Part shown: positions 48,189 through 61,400 of the stretch, piece by piece
How positions within the stretch are numbered: position 1 is the stretch's first letter
Layout of the letters: the number at the start of each line of letters is the position of its first letter
Virus record (IMG/VR): IMGVR_UViG_3300020349_000003
DNA length: 64,000 bases
Strand: one strand, 5' to 3'
Origin: a virus
Taxonomy: Duplodnaviria; Caudoviricetes
Position numbers and translations under genes: made by a program
Notes under the pieces: generated by a model
What the model was told of the DNA's origin: nothing
The model's database searches: none
Seen by the model: only the letters and a program-made list of their open reading frames with translations

Positions 48189-49415
48189 TTAACCGATTAC
48201 GTTTATAGTACCATTCATAGCAGCGTGTAATGTACACTGATAATAAAGAATAGATGGTGCGTCCATTGGAACTGTCCAATAAAGAACAGCAGTGCCACTA
48301 CCAGTCTGACCAGTAGTATATGGGTTACCACTTAGACCTTGACTACTCTGTATTCTAAATGGGTGTGCAGATGATTGAACAGTATTATCAAAAGCGTACG
48401 TCATACCTTTCATAACAGAAAGAGTTGCATCAGCAGTTGCAGATGAAAATCCAGGTCCAGCAAATGTATAATCGGATGAACCAGAAGCATTTACTTCCCA
48501 CCAAGTAATAGGACTACGAGTAACAACCCAGTTACTACCATTATAAAATAACGAATCTCCTTGCACTAAACCACCAACATCAGTGTCAGTTAGAGAAGAA
48601 AATGTAGTTGTTAAACTACCACTAAAATCCAATGTTATAGTATCACCAACTACAGTCGTAGTAATGTTTGTTCCACCAGCAATAGTTAACGTATCAGTCT
48701 GACTATTGGCAGTTGTAGAACCAGTATCACCAGCAACAGTGGCAAATAAGTTTACGGAACTAACTCCAGCAGCATCATCGCCTGGCTTCCATTTAGAAGC
48801 AGTTGAATCCCATTTTAAAACTTGATTATTTGTAGGAGCAACAGTTGTTGTATCAATGTCTGAAAACAAATCAACACTAGAATACTCTGTTGCTATTTTT
48901 GCTCTTACATCACCAACACCACCTGTAGTGATATTAATGTTAACATATGGATTATCATCACCATCTACAGTAAAGAAGAATCCACCATAAGATGCAGCAG
49001 AAGGTGCATTACCTAATGCTGGAAATTCATTTTTATACCCTACTCTCGTGGGGAAGTCAATATCTCCAGTTGCACCATCAAAAGTAGCAGTAACACTGCC
49101 AGCAGAGATAGTGACATCGCCTGTCCCATTGGGAGCGAGAGCAATGTTTCCATTAGTTGAGGATACGATAGAATTTCCATTTACATCTAATGCAGCTGTT
49201 AATGTCGTAAGATCCATCGGAATGAAATTACTGCCATTATAGCGTAATACTTGTCCAACAGCAGGGTTTGTGACACTAAGTTGGATGTTAGTACCATTAC
49301 CGATTGCCGAATATATCTCATTAAAATTATCGTTAACCTTGTCGCCTCCACCACGGAGGGTATCCCCCGTGTTGTCATTCGCTACCGTACCAAGATTTAG
49401 TGATTGCTTAGCCAT
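48189..49415 (-). CDS. gp9-like baseplate wedge/tail fibre connector with a C-terminal cupredoxin-like domain
   Basis: N-terminal KQ.LN.G..AND.TGD.LR.GG.K.N.NF.EIY (gp9/gp10 motif); C-terminal HPF...YYQCTLHAAM.G.I.V. Confidence 0.75.
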   Translation of the reverse strand: MAKQSLNLGTVANDNTGDTLRGGGDKVNDNFNEIYSAIGNGTNIQLSVTNPAVGQVLRYNGSNFIPMDLTTLTAALDVNGNSIVSSTNGNIALAPNGTGDVTISAGSVTATFDGATGDIDFPTRVGYKNEFPALGNAPSAASYGGFFFTVDGDDNPYVNINITTGGVGDVRAKIATEYSSVDLFSDIDTTTVAPTNNQVLKWDSTASKWKPGDDAAGVSSVNLFATVAGDTGSTTANSQTDTLTIAGGTNITTTVVGDTITLDFSGSLTTTFSSLTDTDVGGLVQGDSLFYNGSNWVVTRSPITWWEVNASGSSDYTFAGPGFSSATADATLSVMKGMTYAFDNTVQSSAHPFRIQSSQGLSGNPYTTGQTGSGTAVLYWTVPMDAPSILYYQCTLHAAMNGTINVIG

Positions 49416-49435
49416 TATCTGCTACAATTTTTAGT

Positions 49436-49442
49436 TATTTAT
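49436..49442 (-). promoter_or_regulatory. Late promoter ATAAATA
   Basis: Overlaps the stop of the giant gene, 20 nt upstream of the next ATG. Confidence 0.7.
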
Positions 49443-52400
49443 GTTAATACTTCAGGGTCTACTAACTCTTCACCATATAGTGAAAGGTCAGGAGCAGTCC
49501 AATCATCAGGAACTGATGTCTCAACATCAATGTTAGGAGTGTTGTATCCAGTTCCAGCATTATTAATGACCACTCCACCAACACCAACTAGTGCATTAAT
49601 ATCTCCTTCAAAACCAGATATAGAGTCAACTCTAACATTTGGTCTACTTGTGTATCCAGATCCACCTGAAGTGACCTGTACGCTATCGATAAACCCTGAT
49701 GTTAGATTTGCTTGTCCTTGTGCATTCTGTCCGAATACGGAACCAAGATAATCAAATGTGATTAAAGAGTTTGAAGATTCAATAACAGCAACTTCTCTAT
49801 CTGATGTCTCACCTTGGATGTCAATAAAGTCACCAGGTTCGATAGGTGGAATAACTTCAGCAGCATCAACGTCTGCCTCAGAACCAACGTAGGAGAATCC
49901 AACGAATGTAGAACCTACACGAGGAATCTCAGAGAAGATGATACGTGAACCAACCAATTCAAAACCAACGCCTGGTTCCTGAATAACACCGTTAAGTGAA
50001 ACGATGATATTATTCTCAGGTCTAATAGTTGTAGACTGAACACCATCTGTAAGCGTTAGTGAGTAGAATACATCATTACGCTTGAGGTTGAATGACTGAC
50101 GTAAGGAGTCAAACTCGAATGAGATATCATCCAATTGTCTCAACTTACCTACGTAGAATCCTGTGAAGGATGCACCTAGTTCTGGTGGTTCTGTAAACTC
50201 TATAGAGTCAGAGAACGCTGTATATGCGTTAGCTGCACCTGGAGGTTGTAGAATACCATTAACGAATACGAGGAGATGTCCAGCTGGATCTGGTAGGTAC
50301 TGAGTACCATTACCTGTGGTAAGTTTGAACGTAGTTTGAACACCATCAAATCCTTTGAATGCTCGTTTAACACGTGCGAGAAGTGCAACTTTATTTACTA
50401 CGATTGCCTTATAATTATCAGCACTGATAATAGCGTCCTTAGTAACAAACGTTCCTTTAATATCACTTAGATAAACTCTCTTAAGAATACCACTATCACG
50501 TATATCCTGAATTAGAGCAGAACCAACACCAGGTGTCACAACCCTTGTAGTTACGGATGCGTAACCAACTGGGAAGTTATTTCCAACTCCATAATGACCT
50601 ACGAGATCACCATTTGTAAGAGGAGTTCCTTGGAAGTCGGCAATGTACAAGAAGTTATTATCTAAATCAACTTCAGAAATTATTGCGTAATTATCAAAGT
50701 CCTGTATACCACCAACAACTTTGTAAAGTCTGTTACCAACAGTGAATTCATTCAATCCACTGATGATTGCGATACCCAAGCGTGTATATCCAGCAGATGC
50801 GATCCTATCACCAACTGATATATCAAAACCATCAAACTTACTAACTTCAATATATTGTCTGGAAACTTCTGGATAAACAACAGAAGTTGTTTCAAATGAT
50901 CCTTGTAAAGTTTCAGTATCAACTGTCAGAGTACCACCTGTATTATCAAGTACAGCAGCTTCTGTGCGTATGAATGAAGTTGGAGTAGCAGTAGCACCAC
51001 TGGTGTATGCCTTGAATGGAACTGACGCACTGAATGTACCCTTAAGGTCTATAATTTGAATACGATCTGTAATTACACTAATTTGTCCTGTTGGTGGTAA
51101 TTGTGCTCTATCAGACTCAACTACATCAAGAGCTGCAAATGTACCAGCATTAACTATCACATCCACGTATCTATAGTTCTCATCTTCCCATATACTATGA
51201 ACAGTACCTGTTACAGCATTATCAGATACCTTTCTGATAGTCTCACCTACCCAGAATGGTCCATCTGTTATCACAGCATCAAATCTAAATCTCTTATAAA
51301 TCTGAACAATCTGACCTTCATTGACAGTCATGTTTTCTAATTCCGCATATGCACCACTGTTAAGTCCATATAAGTAATCAGAATCATTTAATCCACCACC
51401 CAAACCAACTGGTAGATTTCTAGTTCCATATGTGTAAGTAGGTACAGTAATACCATTATTAATAGTGATATTAGTGTAGAATGTATCTAAACCTAGTTGT
51501 CCTTTTAGGATATCTAAGTTACTTCTGATACATCTAGTTACTGTTTTATTTGAATAGTTTGATGCCGATGCAGAATCAAAGTACTTAATATAACTTGCAG
51601 CAGGTGAAGGTGATGTAAGTGTATCACTTATTGCCTCACTTGTATAAGTTTCTAAAGCACTTAACGCATAGGTCTTAACATTATACTCAGTGTCTGCATA
51701 GAATACTTCACCAAGTTGAGATGTGTATGGGTCAATAGTACCAATAGATAATTTAGCACCCCACATATACATACCACTTGCACCATCACCCAAGTATGAT
51801 AAAGAATTAGTAGCATCATACATTAAGAATTGAGCACGTAATTCACTAAATCCGAATGATATTGTTGTTGTGATATATGCTCTATACCATCCATTACCAT
51901 AAGGTACTGAACCATAAGCATCACCACTTATACCACCTTGAGGTTGGAATAGTGTTCCAGCAGTTCCTGAAGCAAGATCTAAATCAAAGAATACATCTTG
52001 CTGACCAACTGTACCAGCATCCATAACAAGACCAAATCTAACTTTATTAAACTCATCTCCCTTAAAGAATACTGAGAATGTGTACTGTTGATTATCGTCA
52101 TCGGTAGCTGCTCCACCTTCGTCAAACGTATTGTTGGTATCGTCAAACTTGATAGTTCCATCATCCCATGTATCATAAGATGTTAAACTATAGTTTCTGC
52201 TAGTATAGTGGTAACCACTACTTTGGTAAGCAATTAATTTTTCTGCAGTTTGTGTACCATCTGGTGCTTGTGCAAAATCATCACTAATAACAATGTAACC
52301 AGGCATCCAATCACTTCTAATTGCTTCTGGATTTGTGAATAAGTTAGGTGCGGATACTTGACCTTGAATATTAGATTGTATATTCTTAGCAAACGCAATT

Positions 52401-55400
52401 GTTCTAACATTTGCTGGTTTGTTGATCCAAGTATATGGATAACCAACTCCACCTACCTGAACATTTGCTACAACACCAGAGCGTGTTCCTTCTATTTTAT
52501 CATTTGCTTCCCAAGGAGTACCATACCAATTTCCAACAACTAAGAAACTACCTTCACTCTTATATTCAAGAACTACAGCAGAACCACCAGCAGCTCTCTC
52601 ACTAAATATCATCTCACCAACTTGGAAGGCACCCGTAACATTTTCAATTTTAATGTTATGTCCGATGGTTGTATCGCTAATATCAGTTGTAATTAAATCG
52701 TGTACTAAGTTAGTAACAATTGTATTGAGCCAATCATCGTATGCCCAAACACTAGCACCAAACTGCTGTGTTACAAGAGTTGTAATCTCTTCTTTATAGT
52801 AACTCTGGTTATAAAGTAAGTTCTTAGCAGCACCTCTCATTGCCAACTTACCAGGAGCAAGCATATTGAGTGCAAGATCTACTAATTCCCTGAACCTAGT
52901 AACAACTGGACTCATATCAATTGGTAATAATGAATCTCTATATGCAGCTATAGTAGTGTAGTTGAAGTTATATGCTGGAGGAGACTCATTAGAATCTTTA
53001 GTGTATAATCTATTAAGAATTGCATGCTCACCCAACCACTTCATCTGCTCAATAGCATATGTTGTTGCTAATAACTCATCTTCGACGAAGTTAATTTGCA
53101 TTGCAGTGGATAGATAATTTTCCATTGCTGCAATAGTACTATTATTTCCACCTGTTTGTAAGTCAGAAATAACACCCAACATAATAAGACCTATGTCACG
53201 AGCACATGTTGAAACACCGCCTGGTTCTGGATATAAGAATGCGTTGTAAAGAGGACCACCTTCTGCTAATTGGAATTGGAATTCATTAGTTACTAGTGTT
53301 GTTATTTCATCACCAATTGACTTTCTGTTGAAGTACAATCTATCAGCAGAGATTGCATAATCGCTATTTGTAGGAGCAATAATATCGTTAGCAATTTCTA
53401 CTAAACTATCAATTGATTCTTGAACATCAATACAATCACCAGGAGCTATTATTCCATTAGCAGTTGCACTGACAAACGTATGAGCAGCAGTGTTAGTAAT
53501 AGGATAATCTGGTTCCTTATTAACGTTAACAGTTACTGTAGTTGCTGTTACTGCAAGGATCTTAAGGTTTCTACCACTTGCATAATCTTTACCATCAGGA
53601 GTACCAGCAACACCAGAAGGACGTGGATATGTACCATTTGCAGTACCAGTTCCAGGGTCACAAGAGAATGTTAATGAATTATTTTCTATCTGAATATATC
53701 TTCCAACAATAAGTGAATGAGAACCAATTGTGATTTCTAAACTACCTGAAGTTGGACTATATACTGCTCCAGTTGCAGTAAATGGCATTGGAGTTGATTG
53801 TGTAATACCCCAATCACCAACTATAATTTTATCAGTATTCTCATAAGTTAAGTTACCAGTTACCGCTTGCTTCATGTAATGTGCAAGACGTAAATGAGCG
53901 TATGCAGATTGGAATAACTGTAAGCGAATGTGTAAGATAACATCATTAGCACCAAGATATCTCTTAGCAACGTTAACTGTATTAAAGTTACCACCTTGTC
54001 TAAGGTCTTTAATAAACTCACTAAGAATTAATGCTAAGTCAGTCTTACACTGTAAAGTACCATTACCACTACCATCAGCGTTTCTAGGCATATCCAAAAG
54101 AAGATCTGGATATAAAGTTAACATATCATGTGATGCTTTATCTACAATAGGACCAGCATTTGCTTCAACTAGATCTGCAGCATCTTGGAATCTATACTTA
54201 TTATCACCACCAATTTGAGTTGCGTAGATAATATCATCTGTTGCATTGTGTAGTGAAATTGGGAATGTTTCTTCCAAGAATGCATATACACGACCTCCAA
54301 GGAATTCATTTTCTGGATCTGAAGTTAATTTTGATATTAAACCAAGATGGTCTGTAGGTGATGTTGCATTAGCAGATTCTAAAGTATCAGTAACTATATC
54401 AATTAAGTTTTCTACAGTTGCTTGTACATCTACACAATCCGCTACACTGTAATCCATAACAGTAACACAATCAGTTACTGCAGAAACAAATGAATGCTTT
54501 GTTAAGACCTTCTTAATTGCACCAGGGTCTGCACTTGAGAATGTATGAGTACTTGAAGGACTGTATATAACGTTATTGCTAGAAGCATTACCAGTATATG
54601 TGTGAACATAATCACCACCAGTTACAACTGCTGCTCTCTTAATACAGTTAGTTGCATATGTTTTACCAGTTACGAATGTATGTGTAGTAACGTTGGTAGA
54701 AGGTGTTATATCTAAAACTTGAACTTGGAAGGTATATGATGTCAATCCTGTAGATAGAACTTTCAACCACTTACCAGAAACAGGGTCAGTAGCACGTGGA
54801 TATCTATGCTCAGTTGCATTACCATCCTTAGTACATGTGAAGGTTAATGAGTTATCATCAAACTTAACATACTCACCTGCATCCATATTATGAACAACAT
54901 TAGTTGTAACAGTCATTATTCCTGTCCAACCACTATATGTTATTCCAGTTGGTGTATACTTATCATATACTGTATAGAAAGCATGTTCTGTAGTATTGCT
55001 AATAGCACCATTAGATACGTCAATAGTAACAGAGGTTGAAGTTGTAGCAGTAATAGGATGGGACTTATTATATCCCCAGTCAGATGTACGAGGATAATAG
55101 TGAATAGTACTACCACCATCTTGAGCACAAATGAATCCAAATGCCTGTTTAGCAATCTTAATACCATCACCTATACTAAGTTCATGAGCACCAATATCAA
55201 TGGTTAATGCTCCAGTGTTAGGATTGTATGCTGTTGTTGAACCAGCTGCTAATGAAGGATTGTATCCTTTAATAGGAGACTTACCAACATTAACTTTAAT
55301 CATACCATTCTGTGCTCTAACACCATTAGTTGTAGAACTTAAGAAAGCATGAGTAGAAGTGTCTGAAGATATTCCTACATTAACTTCAAATGTATCATTG

Positions 55401-58400
55401 GTCTTATTTGAAATAGCTAACCATCTTCCACTTGCAGGGTCAGTTGCTCTTGGATACTTATGGTCTGTTGTATATCCATCTAAGTTACATCTAAAGGTTA
55501 ATGACTCATCAACAAGTTGGATGTAATCTCCATTACTAAGTCCATGACCAGTCAGTGTAATTGTCATTACACCTGTTGAAGGAACAAATGCAGCGTTACT
55601 AGCAGTACCTGAACTGTAATATACATCAGTTACAGGAATTGATTTCTCAGCACCGTAAGGATCTGTTGCACGTGGATATGTCTTAGTAGCAGTATTGCCA
55701 TCCATATCACAAGTAAATTGTAAAGTATTATTCTGTATAACAATACTAGAACCTTTACGCATTCCGTGTTGACCAATTGTTAAGGTCATATCACCTGTTG
55801 ATGCATCGTAAGTAGCAGCAGATGGTGTAAATGTCTGGTTAGTTCCAGCCGTTCCTACATTAACTGTTATTGAGGTAGCGTCTGTGGCAGTAACTGCCAT
55901 TTCTTTACCAGCAGTACGAACATCATGTCCAGGTCTAGGATAAGACTTGATGGATTGGTTATTATCCATCGTACATGTAAATCTAAGAGACTCATTATCA
56001 ATGGTTACAAAATCATCAGTTGTAATATCATGAGCAAGAAGATTTATTTGCATCAAGCCAGTACTTGGATCGTATGTTGCACTATCTGGATTATATGGTT
56101 TATAGTTTTTATTGAATGAAGTAGGACCAACGTTAACAGTAAATGAGTTTGTATCAAACTTAGTAATTGGTAATACTTGCTTAGATGAAGGATCTGTTGT
56201 ACGTGGATACTTATGATTTGAACCCCTATCATCATATTCACATGTCATGGTCAATCCATGATCATCAATAGATATTGCTTTACCTTTCTTTGTAAAGCAT
56301 CCACCCTTAGCACCTGTAAGAGTATGTGTATAAGCACCACCAGTTCTAATTACAGCACGAGTTAATCCATTTGCTACCGCAGATTGGAATTGGTGAGTAG
56401 TAGTATTAGAAGAAGTACCGACATTAACAACAAAGGTATCTTTAGTAACACTAGATACTAGCAAATATGTACCGCTAGATGGGTCAGTAGAACGTGGATA
56501 TGTATGATCAGTCTGATAGTTATCTTGTAAACAACGGAATGTTATTGAACCATCGTCAAATTTAACCATATCCCCATTTTCAAATCCATGATTAGGAACT
56601 GTTACAGTCATTGAACCAGTACCAGGAGTAAATGCAGCAGCAGTTATAGTGAACTTCTCACCACCAGGAACGAATTCGTGTGTATAATCACCACCAAGAG
56701 TAAATGCTTTATCTACTGTTAGTCCACCTTTCCAAACGTGAGTGTATTGTCCACCACACTTAATAGCATCTGCAGAAGCAGACTGGAATGCATGAGTTGA
56801 AGTATTTGAAGATATACCAACATCAACTGTAATTACACCAGTTGGTCTCTTCATACTATTTGCAACAAATGATACAAATGTATGAGTTGATGTATCGCTA
56901 GACTTACCAATAAAGACATCAAACGTATCTGTCTGAACGTTATCTAATGGTAACCATTCAAAGTAAGATGGGTCTGTACGTCTTGGATATGCATGGTTAG
57001 TAGCATCACCATCTTTAGCACAAGTAAATGTTACTGCATTTTCATCCAATCTAACTTTATCATTTGCCTTAATTAATCCGTTAGCGGTTGCTGCTACCCA
57101 TACATGAGTTGTATTGTTAGAAATAGGTTGATCACCAAATGCACTTCCAACAGTCAAATTGAAACTGTTTGCACTTGTGCGAAGAATTGGGAAGAATCTT
57201 CCACTAGCAAAGTCACTAGGTCTTGGATATGAATGGTTAGTAGCATTACCATCTTCAGCACAAGTAAAGACTAAAGAATTATCAGCAATCTTAACCATGT
57301 CACCAGTTACAAATCCATGAGCAGTAGATGTTATTTGCAATTCACCTGTTGCTGGATTAAATGCTGTACCAGTTTCTGCAGTCTTTGTAGTTGGAGCAGT
57401 TAATCCATGACTAGCCATAGTTATGGTCATCATACCTGTGGTTGGATTATATCCTGCTAATGTTGGAGTATGTGAAGTAGTTACAACATTTTGAACAGCA
57501 GTTGCAGTGTTGTATGCATAGTCAGCACCACCAGGAGCATTAGAACCAGATGCACGAGGATATGTCTTATCTGTTGTTTGACCATCAAGATCACAACGGA
57601 ATGTTAATGAATCTTGCTCAATGTATACAGAATCACCAGCTCTTGTAATTGCATTTTGAACACAACTTACAAATGTGTGAGTGTAATCACCACCAGTAAT
57701 TACAGCACCTGTTAGAGATGAATGATAGTTATGAGTACCAGAATGACTAATTGCCGTTCCTGGTGACTGGTTAACGTTTACAGTAATGGTTGTTGCATCC
57801 TTAGCAGTAATATTAAGTGCAGTATTATATGCATAGTCTTCATTATCAGTTGTATTAGCACCATATGATCTTGGATATGACTTCTGAGTACTGTATCCAT
57901 CTCCACCATAATCACAAACAAATGTGATTGAATTATCTTTTAATCTTATGCTAGTTCCAACTTCTAAACTATGTGTACCAATTGTAATTACTAAGTTTCC
58001 AGATACAGCATCGTAAGTTGCATTAGAAACATTGAAATCTAATTGTGGTGAAGTTCCTACGTTAACATCAAATGTATTATCAGTAACGTTAGAAATTAAC
58101 ATCCACTTTCCAGACTGAGGGTCGGTAGATCTTGGATAGGTATGATTGCTACTGTGTTGGTCTAATGAACATGTTAAAGATAATGCATTATCAGCAACCT
58201 TAATCTTATCTCCAATTACAAATCCATGATTAGGAATAGTAACTGTCATTACACCAGTTGTTGCAATATAATTTACATCAGTTGCTGTATGATTCGTAGC
58301 ATCTTTAATCCAATGATTACCAACAGTCAAGTCCATGATACCCGTAGCAGGATCATAGGTAGCAGCAGAAGGAGTATATCCGTGGAACTTACTCGGACCA

Positions 58401-61400
58401 ACATTAACAGTAAAGGCATTATTATGAACCTTAACACCGTTAGTTACTCCAGAAACAAATGTATGTGTATAAGCACCAAATACAGTTCTACCAACAAATA
58501 CATCAAATGTAGTACTAGTAGAAGCTTCTACAACACTCCATCCTCTTCTAAACACTGGGTCAGTCTTACGAGGATATGCATGGTTTGTAGCATTACCATC
58601 TTTAGTACAACTAAAGGTAATAGCACCTTCTTCAAATCTAACCATCTCACCACTAACTTTCATACAAGGGTTAGAAGTTACACCAACACATGTATGCTCA
58701 CTAAGGTCTTGGGACTTACCAATAAACAAATCAAATGTATTTGCAGTTCTATTCTGTGCAGGTAACCATTGGTCTCTTGCAGGGTCACCTGAACGTGGGT
58801 AGTAGTGGTCTGTTGTCTCATCATCCAATCCACAACGGAATATGAATGCTCCATCATTAAGTTGAACAAGGTTACCATTGTATACCTGATGAGCAGATGA
58901 TGTAATGGTTAACATTCCAGTAGCAGGGTCATAAGCAGCACCAGTACAATTTCTAGTACTTGGAGCATTTAACTGTGAACCGATAGTAACGGTCATCATA
59001 CCTGTTAATGGGTTATATGATGCATCAGATGCAGTCTTATCAACTTCAGAAATATCAATAACGTCAACAGCAGTACCACGAGCAGGGTCAGTTAATCTTG
59101 GATATGCGTGGTCAGTTGATTGACCGTCCATATTACATGAAAAGAGGAATGCTCCATCTCTAAGTCTAATGCTATCACCAACCATTAAATTAGGATGTCC
59201 ACCAAATCCAGGAGAACCAGGAGCAGAAGAAGTAATTACTAATGAACCAGTTACAGGAGTATAGTTTGCACTAGAAACATCATATGCAATATTATGTGTC
59301 TTACCAACATCTAAAGTAATTGTATTATCCTTATGAATAATACCATTAGGATCTGCAGACTTAAATGTATGTAATGAAAGGTCAGGAGATACACCAACAT
59401 TTACATCAAATGTATTAGTAGTTACATTAACAATCTTATGTAATCTACCGCTAGATGGGTCTGTTGAACGTGGATATCTATGTTGAGTTATATTGTTATC
59501 TAACAAGCACTCAAATGTAATTGATTCATCAACAATACGAACCTTATCACCATAGGCAAACCCATGATTAAAGACGGTAATTGTTAATAGACCTGAGTCA
59601 GGTGTATATGATGCAGCATTTGCTGTATGAGAAGTTCCTTCATATAGAATAGGTACACTATCCTGATAGATGAAATCATTTTCTCTTGGATATGTCTTAA
59701 CATCTTGTAGTCCATCCATAGTACATCTGAATGGAAGACTACCTGTAGCAACCTTAATATTTGTACCAGCTCTCAATCTATGCTCACCAATAGTCATCTT
59801 AAGAAGACCTGTTGAACCACTATATGTTGCAGCAGTTGGGTTAAAAATTACATCTGGTGTTTTACCAACATCAAGTGAGAATGTTGTTGAGTCAACAACA
59901 GTAACATCTAACCAACCTTGACTTGCATGGTCAGAAGATCTTGGATACTTATGCTCTGACCTGTTTTGGTCCATAGAACATGTAAATGTTAGAGCTTCGT
60001 CTTCAATCTGAAGTTTAGAAGTTGATGTAAGATTATGAGCACCACTAGTTGTACATGTAAGGATACCAGTAACAGGGTTATATCCACCACCTGAGATTGA
60101 TAATGATGTATTACTAAACAAACCATGTGATCCTTTTAATATCTTCAATTCACCAGTTGAAGCATTATATTCTGCTCCTGTAGGTGTAAACTTAGTTGCA
60201 GCACTACCACTAGATTCTGTAATACTGGTATCAAATTTCTGTTTATGTCCATGATGACCTTGTACATCCCAAGCATCATTGGTTATGATATATCTTAAAA
60301 TTTGATTTAATTTACCGTATGTCCAAACAGTTTCTACAATTTCTTGTTCAACGTTAAGTAGTTTAACATTGTTTACATCGACTCTATCAACATAGTATGA
60401 TGCAGCATCCCAAATCTTAGAATTACTACCATTACGTAAATCGTATGCAACAGACTTACAAATATCTTTAACATCATCCTGACAATTTGCACTACCATTA
60501 ATGACAGTGAAATCTGGGAATTTTTGTTCTAGTAAATATACTGCCTCATGAGCAATAAATTCTAGGTTAGATTCAATCAATGTAGCAGCATTATAATACC
60601 TATTTGTATTTCCAACAAATCCTTTTTGAACTGCTCTACCAACGTTAACTGTAATCGTTGTACCAGTTACTGAAGTAATTGCTATAGCAGTGTTATGTAC
60701 TGGATCTGAAGTTCTAGGATATCTGTGCTCAGTTGCATTATTATCCTTATCGCAAGTAAATGGTAATTTATTAGCACCAATCGTTACAGTATTAGATGTT
60801 GTGAAACTATGAGATCCAATAGTCATGACTAAGATACCAGTCTCACCATCATAAGTTGCAGCAGTAACATCCTTTATAGTGCCATCATTGAATGTAAGAG
60901 CAGCATTTGAAGTGCCAGGTACAAATGTGTGATCTCCAACATAACGAACAGTAGAAATTATAGCATCATTATTAAAGTATTCTCCCTTTGTAAATGACTC
61001 ACTACCAGACCAATCCTGTACCCATTGCTCACCATCTTTACCATCAAAGTGAAGTAACATCTTAGTATTAGTATCACCTTGGAATATACCAGCTAAAGGT
61101 GAGAATGCAGTAGAATATCTAATATTATCAGAAATTCTTACTTCATCAATATGACCAATATATCCAGTTGAGAAAGCATAACCAACACCAATAAAGAGTG
61201 GTTTAGCAACATATGTTGTATTATCAGTTCCTGTACCAACTTCAACACCATCAATATACATCTTACCAGTTGTACCTGTTCTAGTATAAGCAACGTGTGC
61301 CCATGTATCAGCAGATAAAGTTGTTCCAACAGAAGTTACAAGATCTGCATTATTAACATTCCAACGAACTTGTCCACTTTCACAATATACTCTAAATGCA

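Noticed and set aside
54458-60195. CRISPR-like array or diversity-generating retroelement as the source of the repeats
   Set aside because: The repeats are protein-level and divergent in DNA. There is no constant repeat-spacer pattern, no reverse transcriptase and no TR/VR pair in the window.
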